64,000 bases of DNA from Candidatus Eiseniibacteriota bacterium (GTDB lineage Bacteria > Eisenbacteria > RBG-16-71-46 > SZUA-252). Shown piece after piece: positions 53,740 to 62,784 of the stretch; within the stretch, counting starts at the first letter, position 1; each line of letters starts with the position of its first letter. The notes beneath the pieces are model-generated. The model did not search any database and had not been told where the DNA came from. It saw nothing but the letters and a program-made list of their open reading frames with translations. Position numbers and translations under genes: made by a program. The stretch is taken from NCBI GenBank assembly GCA_036505295.1, contig DASXTQ010000042.1, positions 6,769-70,768 on the forward strand, in the 5' to 3' direction.

Positions 53740-54849
53740 CTAGGAAATCGCGCAGCGGTTCGCGCCGGCCTCGAGCTCCGTGGGATCTCCTTGCGGAAAG
53801 GCGCCCGACTCGTTGAGGCGTACGATCTCGAGGTGATGGGGCGGCGTCGCGGGAATGCGCGACAGAAGGGTCTCGACGAAGCCTTCCTCGGTTGCGCGCA
53901 GCATCTCAACCTGCCGGATCACTTCGGCCAGCGCCGCTCCGCACGGCTTCCCGTCGAACGGGATCGGCTCGCTCGTGTGGCATGGAAGAATCCACGTGTC
54001 GGGCGGCAGCTTGACGATCCGCTGCAGCGTTCCATAGAGCGCGTGTGCCCTCTGCCGCGCCTCGGCCGCGTTCGCCGCCAGGTCGGGGCGCCCCACAGCC
54101 CCGGGGAAGAGCGTGTCGCCGGTCAAGAGCGCCCGCCCATCAACCAGATAGCACGTGCTCTCCAGCGTGTGACCGGGAGTGTGGAGCACCTGGATTGCGG
54201 ATGTGCCGATCGTGATGGTGTCGCCTTCCTTGAGCGGGAGGAACGGATACGTGATGCGGTCCTGAGCGGGGAGATAGATCTTCGCCTGACATCGTTCGGC
54301 GAGCGGCCGCGAGCGCGAGAGATGGTCCGCGTGAACGTGGGTATCGATCACGTGGGTGATGGTGAATCCCCGCTCCTTCGCGATCCGAAGATAGATGTCC
54401 GGATCGACCGATGCATCGACGACCGCGGCTTCGCTTCCGCTGCCGACGATATAGGAGAGACAGCCCTTTCCCGTCCGGCGCACCTGAATGATCTGCGCGT
54501 TCGAGCGAATCGGAGTCACCTCCGCGAGATTCCACGCAAGGCTCCACGCCTTCATTCCACCCTTCAGCGAGAGCGCCTGAACGCCGCGCTCTCGAAGCGC
54601 GCGCACAGCCAGGAGGCTGGTGTTCCCTCTGGCGCAAACCGCAACGACCGGCTGCCCGGGCGGCAGCGACACGCCGGCGAACGGCGAGGCGCTACTCGTG
54701 CGCAGCGCCACGTGCGGATCGAGGTGGAGACTTCCGGGGATGCTCCACTCCTCCCGCTCCACGGCGGGGCGAATATCAAGCACCGTCACCGGGCGGCCGC
54801 TCTCGAGCCAATCCCTGAGCGCATCTACACCGATGTCAATCGACTCCAC
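53740..54849 (-). CDS. Rhodanese domain fused to MBL-fold (persulfide dioxygenase/ETHE1-like) metallo-hydrolase
   Basis: Rhodanese active-site loop CARGNTS. MBL motifs HVHADH and HTPGHT. Confidence 0.7.
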   Translation of the reverse strand: MESIDIGVDALRDWLESGRPVTVLDIRPAVEREEWSIPGSLHLDPHVALRTSSASPFAGVSLPPGQPVVAVCARGNTSLLAVRALRERGVQALSLKGGMKAWSLAWNLAEVTPIRSNAQIIQVRRTGKGCLSYIVGSGSEAAVVDASVDPDIYLRIAKERGFTITHVIDTHVHADHLSRSRPLAERCQAKIYLPAQDRITYPFLPLKEGDTITIGTSAIQVLHTPGHTLESTCYLVDGRALLTGDTLFPGAVGRPDLAANAAEARQRAHALYGTLQRIVKLPPDTWILPCHTSEPIPFDGKPCGAALAEVIRQVEMLRATEEGFVETLLSRIPATPPHHLEIVRLNESGAFPQGDPTELEAGANRCAIS

Positions 54850-55012
54850 AGATGCCTCCGATGGAACAACGCTGGCCTCGTCGGGACGAAGGGTTCGGCC
54901 CGCCTATGATAGGCGACCCGCGGTCCCTGGGGGAAGGTCGATGCTCATGCCCCGATTCGCGGTGGCGGACTGCCCGTAAATAGCCTAGGGTAGCGGTGTT
55001 GGACTCGAAGGA

Positions 55013-56113
55013 ATGGAGCCCCCCAAAGATCATGCGATGACCGGCGCGCGCGCGCGGTTCCTCCCTTACGCTCCCGGTCTCGTTCTCGCCGTAGCCTGCG
55101 CGATCACCGCCCGCCTGCTGCACGGGCTCCTTCCCCCCAAGCCCGCCGCCGTACTCGGCGAGGTCGTGGTCGCGGTGCTCCTCGGCCTCATCATCGGAAA
55201 CGCAATCGCGCTTCCGCGTCTTTTCGCACCGGGAATCCGGTTCTCCTTCCATTCGCTTCTCCGCGTGGCCATCGTGATCCTCGGAGCCCAATTCTCATTC
55301 ATGCAGGTCGTGGCCATCGGCGGGAAAGCCGTGGTCATGATCGTGATCTTGATGACGCTCGCCCTCACCGTCGCCCACGTCCTGGGCCGCGTCGCCGGTG
55401 TTCCTCGCAGGCTGGCCACCTTGATCGGCGTGGGCACCGCGGTCTGCGGCAACACCGCGATCACGGCGACGGCACCGGTCATCCGGGCCGAGGACGAGGA
55501 AGTTTCGTTCGCCGTTGCGACCAACACCCTCTTCGGTACAGCCGCGGTATTCCTTTATCCGATGCTGGGACACTGGATCGGGCTTTCGAGCGCGGCCTTC
55601 GGCACCTGGGCGGGCACCGCGGTCAACGACACCTCCCAGGTAGTCGCGACGGGCTTCGCGTACAGCGACATGGCCGGAAGGGTCGCGACGGCCGTGAAGC
55701 TCACACGGAACGCGCTCATGGGCGCGGTCATTCTGGTGATCGGGCTGATCTACGCCCGGGATGCGGCCGTCGGGGCGAGCGGCGGCTCCACCCAGGGCAC
55801 GTTCGCGACCTGGACCCGCGTCCGACAGTCCATCCCCGGGTTTGTGCTCGGTTTTCTGCTCCTGGCCCTCCTCAACACCGTGGGAGCGATCGCCCGGATG
55901 GGAATGCTCATCGGAAGGGACCTTTCTCACGACCTCCAGACGATCTCGCGGTTTTTGATCCTCGTCGCGCTAGCGGGGGTGGGTCTCAGCACGCGCGTGA
56001 GCGCCATGAAACGGATCGGCGCGACCCCGTTCCTTGTTGGATTCGCCACGGCGGCGACGACCGCCGTCGCAAGCTATCTATTGATTCGTTGGCTGGGTCC
56101 GGCCGGAGGTTGA
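55013..56113 (+). CDS. YeiH/UPF0324-family putative sulfate/sulfite exporter (integral membrane)
   Basis: About 10 TM helices and characteristic YeiH-family sequence. Confidence 0.7.
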   Translation: MEPPKDHAMTGARARFLPYAPGLVLAVACAITARLLHGLLPPKPAAVLGEVVVAVLLGLIIGNAIALPRLFAPGIRFSFHSLLRVAIVILGAQFSFMQVVAIGGKAVVMIVILMTLALTVAHVLGRVAGVPRRLATLIGVGTAVCGNTAITATAPVIRAEDEEVSFAVATNTLFGTAAVFLYPMLGHWIGLSSAAFGTWAGTAVNDTSQVVATGFAYSDMAGRVATAVKLTRNALMGAVILVIGLIYARDAAVGASGGSTQGTFATWTRVRQSIPGFVLGFLLLALLNTVGAIARMGMLIGRDLSHDLQTISRFLILVALAGVGLSTRVSAMKRIGATPFLVGFATAATTAVASYLLIRWLGPAGG

Positions 56114-56739
56114 TCGGGCAGGCCGCCGGCCGAATCTGGAATGGACGACCCTGCCGCAGGGGTGCGCCCTCCACTCCGAAGATACGGCGCAAGCCTTTGG
56201 TGAATTCTCTGAAACGGCTGCATCAGGAGCATTCCGAAAAAAACAATCGCCACGGTAACCGCGAAGGTCCAAACCCAATGACGCAGGCGGAAGCGCCGGG
56301 CGGTCGGGGCTGCGATGATGAGCCCGAGAATGGCCGCAATCAGAACCATCGCGTCGAAGCTCCCGCGCTGCCAGTAGACGTCGTCGAGGTGAAGCCACAT
56401 CCCGAACTCGTCGAACGTCAGGGCGAGCCCGACGCCGTAGAGAATCGCCGCCCGGGCGATACCACGGCTGTCCGGACGGAGGAAGATCAGGTAGGCGCCC
56501 ACCCCAACCAGGATGAAAATCCCGTAGTTCAGGTGATGAACGTGGGTTTGCCCGAAGCGGAGATAGAAGTCACGCATGAACCCGATGGCCATCATGAGGG
56601 CCATGCTACGAGCAATCGCGAATGTGAGGATGAAGGCAACGAACACACGGCGCGCGAGCCGTGTCGGACCCATGGGTTGTTCTTCGGGCGGAAGGTCGTT
56701 CGGCTCGATCTCGCGAGGGGCGTCGGTGATCACGGCCAC
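56074..56739 (-). CDS. Hypothetical integral membrane protein
   Basis: Multiple hydrophobic helices. No assignable family. Confidence 0.45.
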   Translation of the reverse strand: MAVITDAPREIEPNDLPPEEQPMGPTRLARRVFVAFILTFAIARSMALMMAIGFMRDFYLRFGQTHVHHLNYGIFILVGVGAYLIFLRPDSRGIARAAILYGVGLALTFDEFGMWLHLDDVYWQRGSFDAMVLIAAILGLIIAAPTARRFRLRHWVWTFAVTVAIVFFGMLLMQPFQRIHQRLAPYLRSGGRTPAAGSSIPDSAGGLPDQPPAGPSQRINR

Positions 56740-56840
56740 ATGCTAACGGGGCCGGGGGCGAGTGTGAAGGGGGAAGCGGGGCCGATAACTCGGTCGAAAT
56801 CGACGAGACGGCTGGAGAGGGCGATGGTACCTTTTTCCAC

Positions 56841-57437
56841 GTGAGAGCCGCGACGATGGAACACACGAGGGTGCTGAGCCCGGAAGCCATGTGGACGGCG
56901 TTCCGCCGGGGGGATTCGCGGTACGACGGCCGCTTCGTGACCGCCGTGCGCACGACCGGCATCTTCTGCAGGCCGTCCTGTACCTGCCGCAAGCCCCGCC
57001 TGGAGAACGTCCGCTTCTATCGCTCTCCCAACGATGCGGCCCGCGCGGGCTACCGCCCCTGCAAGAGGTGCCGCCCCGAGTTGCGGGGGGGGCCGGCCGA
57101 GGCAGACGGTGCGATGGTCGCGAAGGCGCTCGGGTTCATGCGAGCCCATCTGGAGTCCCAGCTTTACGCGAAGGACATCGCCGCCGCGGTCGCGGTCAGC
57201 CCTTCGCACTTCGCGCGACGGTTCCGCGCAACGGACGGACGAACGCCCATGCGCGCCCTCGCCGATCTCCGCGCCGAAAGAGCTGAAACCTTGCTCCGCC
57301 AGGGAACGATCGGCACCCTCGACGCTGGATTCGCGGCCGGGTTCCAAAGCACGTCCGCATTCACTCGGGCATTTCGAAGAAGGACCGGGCTGCCGCCCGC
57401 CTCGTGGCGGCGATCCTTGAAAGGAGAACGAAGATGA
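56841..57437 (+). CDS. ada: Ada-family methylphosphotriester-DNA methyltransferase/AraC-type transcriptional regulator (N-terminal Ada part)
   Basis: Ada Zn-binding Cys4 motif ([11 protein letters not shown]...YRPCKRCRP) followed by AraC HTH. Confidence 0.8.
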   Translation: MRAATMEHTRVLSPEAMWTAFRRGDSRYDGRFVTAVRTTGIFCRPSCTCRKPRLENVRFYRSPNDAARAGYRPCKRCRPELRGGPAEADGAMVAKALGFMRAHLESQLYAKDIAAAVAVSPSHFARRFRATDGRTPMRALADLRAERAETLLRQGTIGTLDAGFAAGFQSTSAFTRAFRRRTGLPPASWRRSLKGERR

Positions 57438-58030
57438 CACGCAAGATCTCTGGCACGGGGCACCGAAAGGTGGTTCGCCCCCGCGAAGCACGGATTGACA
57501 TGGCGACGGTGCGCACGCGTTTGGGGACGTTTGCCGTGGCGGCCACGCCTCGCGGCCTCGCGGCCCTATTCCCGCTCCCGCGCGGACCGGTCACCTCCAC
57601 GCGCGCCGGGCGCGATCCCGCGCTCGCCCGCCGAATCCGCGGGGGTGCTCGACTCGTGATTCATCGCGGCCGCGATTCCTACCCTCCCGCGCTCGCCCGC
57701 GCGGCCGCCGCGCTCCACGCCTACGCTTCCGGTAAGGTACGCGCGGTCCGCCCGGTGCTCGACCTGGACGGAACGCCGTTTCAACGGGCGGTGTGGAAGC
57801 GCCTCTGCGCCATTCCCACGGGGAAGACGATCTCCTACGGAGCGCTCGCGGCTTCGATCGGGCGGCCCCGCGCGGCGCGCGCCGTGGGCGCGGCCGTTGG
57901 AGCGAACCCGGTGCCGATTCTCGTGCCATGCCACCGGGTCATCGGCCAGGACGGCTCGCTCACCGGGTTCGGCTTGGGGCTGCCGATGAAACGCGCCCTG
58001 CTGCTCCATGAGGGAAATCGTACGAGGTAA
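57434..58030 (+). CDS. ogt: Methylated-DNA--protein-cysteine methyltransferase
   Basis: Active-site PCHRV motif. 4-bp overlap with ada. Confidence 0.85.
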   Translation: MTRKISGTGHRKVVRPREARIDMATVRTRLGTFAVAATPRGLAALFPLPRGPVTSTRAGRDPALARRIRGGARLVIHRGRDSYPPALARAAAALHAYASGKVRAVRPVLDLDGTPFQRAVWKRLCAIPTGKTISYGALAASIGRPRAARAVGAAVGANPVPILVPCHRVIGQDGSLTGFGLGLPMKRALLLHEGNRTR

Positions 58031-58084
58031 AACTGAGCCGCGCCGTGGCGTGAACCGCGGGAGGCATGGTACCGTTATCGGTCC

Positions 58085-59365
58085 ATGTCTCTCGCGACCA
58101 TCCGCGGCAACCTTCGAAGCAGCTTCCGCGCGTTAGGTCACCGCAATTATCGCCTCTACTGGACCGGCCAGCTCGTCTCACTGATCGGAACCTGGATGCA
58201 GAGCGTCGCGCAAGGCTGGCTCATGCACCGCCTGACCGGCTCGGCGCTCATGCTTGGTTTTCTCGGCTTCGCGCAGTTTCTGCCGGTCCTCCTGCTCTCG
58301 CTCTGGGCGGGCGTGATCGTAGATTCGATGGACAAGCGGCGCCTCCTGCTCGCCACACAGACCGCGTTTCTGATCCAGGCGGCCCTGCTTGCCGCGGCCG
58401 TGAGCACCGGCGTCGTGCAACCGTGGATGGTTCTCGCGCTCGCGTTCGTCTTCGGCACGATCAACGCGCTCGATCTCCCGGCCCGGCAATCCTTCGTTGT
58501 GGAGCTGGCGGGGAAAGAGGATCTCTCGAACGCGATCGCGCTCAACTCCGCGGCGTTCAACACGGCGCGGCTTGTGGGACCCGCGATCGCGGGGATTCTG
58601 CTTGCCACCGTCGGTGAAGCGGCCTGCTTCTGGGTGAACGCTCTCTCCTACGTTGCCGTGATCGTGAGCATCTGGCGCATAGATCTCCCCGCGAGACCAG
58701 GCGTCCGGTTCGCGGCGAGGAGCGCGGTCGAGACGATGATGGAGGGGGTTCGCTACGCGAGGGGCGTCCGGCCGCTTCGAAATCTTCTGACCCTGCTCGG
58801 GGTGACCGCGGGGCTCGGGTTCCAGTACATGATCCTTCTTCCGGTCTACGCGCGGGAGATCCTCCACGCCGGGCCAAAGGGATACGGCCTCCTCGTCTCC
58901 GCGTTCGGACTGGGCTCGCTGGTGTCGGCGGCCTGGATGACTCGAAAGCTCGACCGCTGGACCATGCGTCGCAATCTATTCGTCGGGCTCTTGACGGCGG
59001 CGATCGGCATGGGGACGTTCGCGTGGTCACGCACACTGGAGCTCAGCGTGGCGATGGGATTCCTAGCGGGCTTCGGCCTCATTCTCTACATCGCGACGAC
59101 CAATACCCTGATCCAGGTAACGACCGAGGATCGCTTCCGGGGACGGGTGATGAGCCTCTACACCCTCATGTTCGTGGGGACCGCTCCCATCGGAGCGCTC
59201 GTGTCGGGCACGATCGCGCAGCATTTCTCCGCGCCGGTCGCGACGTCTGTCAGCGCGCTCGTGTTGTTGGGCGGGGCCCTTTGGATGGTGCGGCGGTTGC
59301 GCCTGCTGGCCGCGCGCGAAGCTGTCTCCGCCACGGTCCCCGCGGCCACCGAGAAGGTCGGATAG
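58085..59365 (+). CDS. MFS transporter (EntS/enterobactin-exporter-like)
   Basis: 12 predicted TM helices. MFS motif GxxxDxxxRR-like (VDSMDKRRLL). Confidence 0.75.
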   Translation: MSLATIRGNLRSSFRALGHRNYRLYWTGQLVSLIGTWMQSVAQGWLMHRLTGSALMLGFLGFAQFLPVLLLSLWAGVIVDSMDKRRLLLATQTAFLIQAALLAAAVSTGVVQPWMVLALAFVFGTINALDLPARQSFVVELAGKEDLSNAIALNSAAFNTARLVGPAIAGILLATVGEAACFWVNALSYVAVIVSIWRIDLPARPGVRFAARSAVETMMEGVRYARGVRPLRNLLTLLGVTAGLGFQYMILLPVYAREILHAGPKGYGLLVSAFGLGSLVSAAWMTRKLDRWTMRRNLFVGLLTAAIGMGTFAWSRTLELSVAMGFLAGFGLILYIATTNTLIQVTTEDRFRGRVMSLYTLMFVGTAPIGALVSGTIAQHFSAPVATSVSALVLLGGALWMVRRLRLLAAREAVSATVPAATEKVG

Positions 59366-59385
59366 CGGGCGGGGCGAAGCCGAAG

Positions 59386-59826
59386 CTATCCCGGGTATTT
59401 CCCCGTGATGTAGTCCGTGAGGTACTTGATCTCGTATTTTTGGTCTTGCGAGATCTGCTTCACCAGATCGCCGATCGACACGAGACCTACGAGCTTCCCC
59501 TTTTCGACAACCGGCAGGTGGCGGATCCGCTTTGCCGTCATGATCGCCATGCACTTTTCGACGGCGTAATTCGGGTCGATGCAGATGACCTGGCTCGTCA
59601 TGATCTCGCGGACTTGCGTCGTCTTGGAGGTTCGCCCTTCGAGGACGATGTGGCGCAGGTAGTCTCGCTCGGTGATGATGCCGCAAATCTCGTCCCCCTG
59701 CGTGACGAGAAGCGACCCGGTGTTGCGTTCCACCATCTTCTTCACCGCATCATAAACAGTCGCGGTCCTCTCGATCGTGTAAACCTCGTTGCCTTTCTTT
59801 GCGAGCAGGTCTGCGATCCTTCCCAT
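59386..59826 (-). CDS. CBS-pair domain protein
   Basis: Two CBS motifs (GSLLV...GIITERD; HLPVVEKGKLVGLVSIGDL). Confidence 0.8.
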   Translation of the reverse strand: MGRIADLLAKKGNEVYTIERTATVYDAVKKMVERNTGSLLVTQGDEICGIITERDYLRHIVLEGRTSKTTQVREIMTSQVICIDPNYAVEKCMAIMTAKRIRHLPVVEKGKLVGLVSIGDLVKQISQDQKYEIKYLTDYITGKYPG

Positions 59827-59891
59827 GGCGAACCTCCCGTGGGAATTTCAGCGGAATCCCCACGTCTCGAAGCCTAGCACGGGGCCCGGGC

Positions 59892-61490
59892 TCAGGGAAT
59901 GGGCTTGCCGGCGTGGGGGGAGGGTCTGTAGATGCGCGATCCATCGGGCAATATCTCAGGTCCTGAGAATCCCGCGGGGGCCGCGTTCCGATCCATCGTT
60001 CTCACCCAGGCGGAGTCGGCGTCCGACACGTTTCGCTGTCGCGCCGCCGGCGAGAGCCAGATCGCGGCGACGGGTCTTGTCAAGCTCAACGAGTCGAGCT
60101 GGTTCATGAGCGGCAGGAAGAGCGCGGGGCGATCCAAATGCCAGGCCGCCCAATCGGGCGCGTCGGACAGGATCATGCCCCCGCGGGGCCATTCCCGCGC
60201 ACGCTCGGTGAGGGTGGACTGGGCGGTCGGCCCCACGGGCGGGAAGCGCCGGGACGCGTCGCCGTGCTGGAAGGTCACGTTGGCGCCGCGCTCCAGCACC
60301 ACCGCCGCGAGGACCGCGATCATCAGGCCCCTCCGTTCGATGCGCGCGAGGACCGGCACGGCGGCGATGCCGAGAACGACGCACACAAGCGGGAATACCG
60401 GCACCAGGAACCGCGGGCTCCGCTCGAGGGCCGACATGGCCAGGATCTGCCACGCGATCGCGGCGAGGAGCGGCGCCAGGTTGCGGCGCGTGCGGAGCAC
60501 CGAGCCATTCCGGCCGACCGCGATTCCGGCGACTCCGGCTCCGAGCGCCAGGGGCCCCAGCGCTGCGAATAGATCAAGGAGGTACCCCGCGATGTCCTTC
60601 ATGTAGCGGAGCGCGAATGCTCCCGGATGTTGAAGGACGTATTCTATGACACCCGGCAGGTGCGCGCCGAGCATCCGCGATGACGAATACCCGGGATACT
60701 GCGGCGTGTAGAGGAGCATGGGATTCCCTTGGATTGCGAATCCGTCGCGCGCTTGATGCACGATGACGAGCCAAGGCAGGCAGAGCGCCGCGTACACGGT
60801 GCCGAACGCGACGGCGCGCGTCCAGCGGGGTGCGCCTGCGGAAGCGGCGGGCGCCGCGGGATCGGGACTCGCCGCGATCCAGAGCCAGATCGGGACGAAG
60901 AGAAGGGATTCGCCGCGCAGGTGCCACGCGGCGGCCGCGGCAAGCGCCGCCGCGCCGGCAGCGAGCGCTCCGCGTGAGCCGAGCAGAATGATCCACACCG
61001 CGAGGCCAAGCGCGGCCGCGGGTGCCTGGCTCATCCCGGGGTTGTAGAAATCAAGCAGAAGGGGACTCGCGAGCGCGCATGCGGCGGCCCACGATCCGGC
61101 GCGGTCCGAATGAAGCCTTGCGCCGAGCCAGTAAGTCATCGCGACAAGAAGCGCATGGGCCACCGCGCCCATGTAGAGGAAACCGCCGGGAAGCGGGATC
61201 CCGAGCTTGAGTAGGAGCGCGCCGAGCGCGGCGTATAGCGGCATGCGCCAGGGCACGGGAAACGGCGCGACTTCGTGGCCGAGGAAAACGGGATAGGTGT
61301 AAAGCGATGTGAAGCCTTCGCCGCGCGCGATCTGGCGGGACTCCTGAGAATAATCCCAGAGATCGCTCGCGGGCGCGATTCCCGGGATCACCGCCCGGGT
61401 CAAGAGCGCCGCAGCGGCCAACGCGAGAATTCCCCAGAGAAGCGCGGTTCGCCATCGTGCTCCGCCCTCGGCCGTTTCCTGGGATTGCAT
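59892..61490 (-). CDS. Polytopic membrane protein, possibly PMT/ArnT-like (GT-C) glycosyltransferase
   Basis: Many TM helices with Ala/Leu-rich composition. Assignment to GT-C fold is tentative. Confidence 0.35.
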   Translation of the reverse strand: MQSQETAEGGARWRTALLWGILALAAAALLTRAVIPGIAPASDLWDYSQESRQIARGEGFTSLYTYPVFLGHEVAPFPVPWRMPLYAALGALLLKLGIPLPGGFLYMGAVAHALLVAMTYWLGARLHSDRAGSWAAACALASPLLLDFYNPGMSQAPAAALGLAVWIILLGSRGALAAGAAALAAAAAWHLRGESLLFVPIWLWIAASPDPAAPAASAGAPRWTRAVAFGTVYAALCLPWLVIVHQARDGFAIQGNPMLLYTPQYPGYSSSRMLGAHLPGVIEYVLQHPGAFALRYMKDIAGYLLDLFAALGPLALGAGVAGIAVGRNGSVLRTRRNLAPLLAAIAWQILAMSALERSPRFLVPVFPLVCVVLGIAAVPVLARIERRGLMIAVLAAVVLERGANVTFQHGDASRRFPPVGPTAQSTLTERAREWPRGGMILSDAPDWAAWHLDRPALFLPLMNQLDSLSLTRPVAAIWLSPAARQRNVSDADSAWVRTMDRNAAPAGFSGPEILPDGSRIYRPSPHAGKPIP

Positions 61491-61564
61491 CAGGGCAGAA
61501 TACAGCAGAAAGCCCCGCCGACGTTCGCCGGCGGGGCATCGTGCAACCCAGTGGACTGAAGCGG

Positions 61565-62605
61565 CTACGGCCTCTCGGACGACGCCAGGAAGCTAGGGTA
61601 GGAAGCGAAAGGGATTCCCCATGTCGTGGAATTGTAGTCGTCGTCCGTTTCGTTCTGCAGGCAGCGCGAGTTGAGGACGTCGACCGCGATGTGGTTTCGA
61701 CCTTGATTGCGAACCGTCCAGGTCGCCGTAAAGGTCCCATCTCCCGGCGTCACGTCACCGTGCGTCCCGTCGTCGTACATGAGTACCCGGATCCAGTCCA
61801 GGGGACCCGGAAACGCCCGGTCTGAGGTAGGCGCGTGCAGGTAGACAAAGGTGGGGGGGACGAGACCTTGATCCGTATTCGTTATGGACGCCTCGACCTT
61901 GACACTTTCTCCAGCACGAAAGATCGGGAGCAGTCCCGTCGAATGCCCGAGCGAAAGGAGCGCGGCCGGATCCGTGATCGTCACGTGGGTCCGCTCACCG
62001 GTCAATGTGACCGAGTGGATGTTCACGGTCTGACGTGCGGGATCGATCATCGTGAACTCGGCGGGCGAGACCGCGACGAGCCGCCAACCGAAAACCGAAT
62101 CGGTTGAGGTGCTGTCGGGGTGAAACCAGATCTTCTTGAATAGCGCGTAGCGGGTCTTTTGATCGCGCAGCGGCTTCTTGCCGGGGTTTCGCATTCCGTC
62201 GTCGGTCAGATCCACGAAGAACCAGCCGTCATACTTGACGTTGACCTTCACGAGCGCCCGGTCGCCGTCCGGCGGGGTCAGAAACGTGATCGTGCGGACC
62301 GGGGGATGGTTGGGCGGCACCCGCCAGCGTCCCCAATGGACGGGAAGGACCGCGGTGCTCTCCGCCTGCGCGGATTGAGTCCCGGCGGCTACCGGGGCGA
62401 TCCCGTCTCCGAGCAGCTCGCCACCATCATCGAACGAGACCTCGAACTCGGGGGCGGCCGCAACCAGATTATCGATCGCGGTCCGATCGGCGTTTTGCCG
62501 AGCTTCTTGGGGCTTGGTCACTCCTTGCGTGCTGCAACCGGACAGGCAAATGGCAGAGATCAGGGGGAGCACGGCCGTAAGGCATCGGTGTGGTGTCATA
62601 GGCAT
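61565..62605 (-). CDS. Hypothetical lipoprotein
   Basis: Lipobox LSGC after signal peptide. 346 aa. No recognised domain. Confidence 0.55.
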   Translation of the reverse strand: MPMTPHRCLTAVLPLISAICLSGCSTQGVTKPQEARQNADRTAIDNLVAAAPEFEVSFDDGGELLGDGIAPVAAGTQSAQAESTAVLPVHWGRWRVPPNHPPVRTITFLTPPDGDRALVKVNVKYDGWFFVDLTDDGMRNPGKKPLRDQKTRYALFKKIWFHPDSTSTDSVFGWRLVAVSPAEFTMIDPARQTVNIHSVTLTGERTHVTITDPAALLSLGHSTGLLPIFRAGESVKVEASITNTDQGLVPPTFVYLHAPTSDRAFPGPLDWIRVLMYDDGTHGDVTPGDGTFTATWTVRNQGRNHIAVDVLNSRCLQNETDDDYNSTTWGIPFASYPSFLASSERP

Positions 62606-62784
62606 TCTCCTTTGGGCTGTCTACAATCTCCCGACGCGAAGAGGTTGGGGTTCCACCCCAAGGCACGCAGGCGCTTGCACCGGGCATGCCACGATCAGCC
62701 GTCCGGCACTCTGCGTCCGTATCCTTCTGGTATCCGATTCCTTACCGGTTTGCCGGCTTCCAAAGAGCCCTGCCCGCTCCGGCG

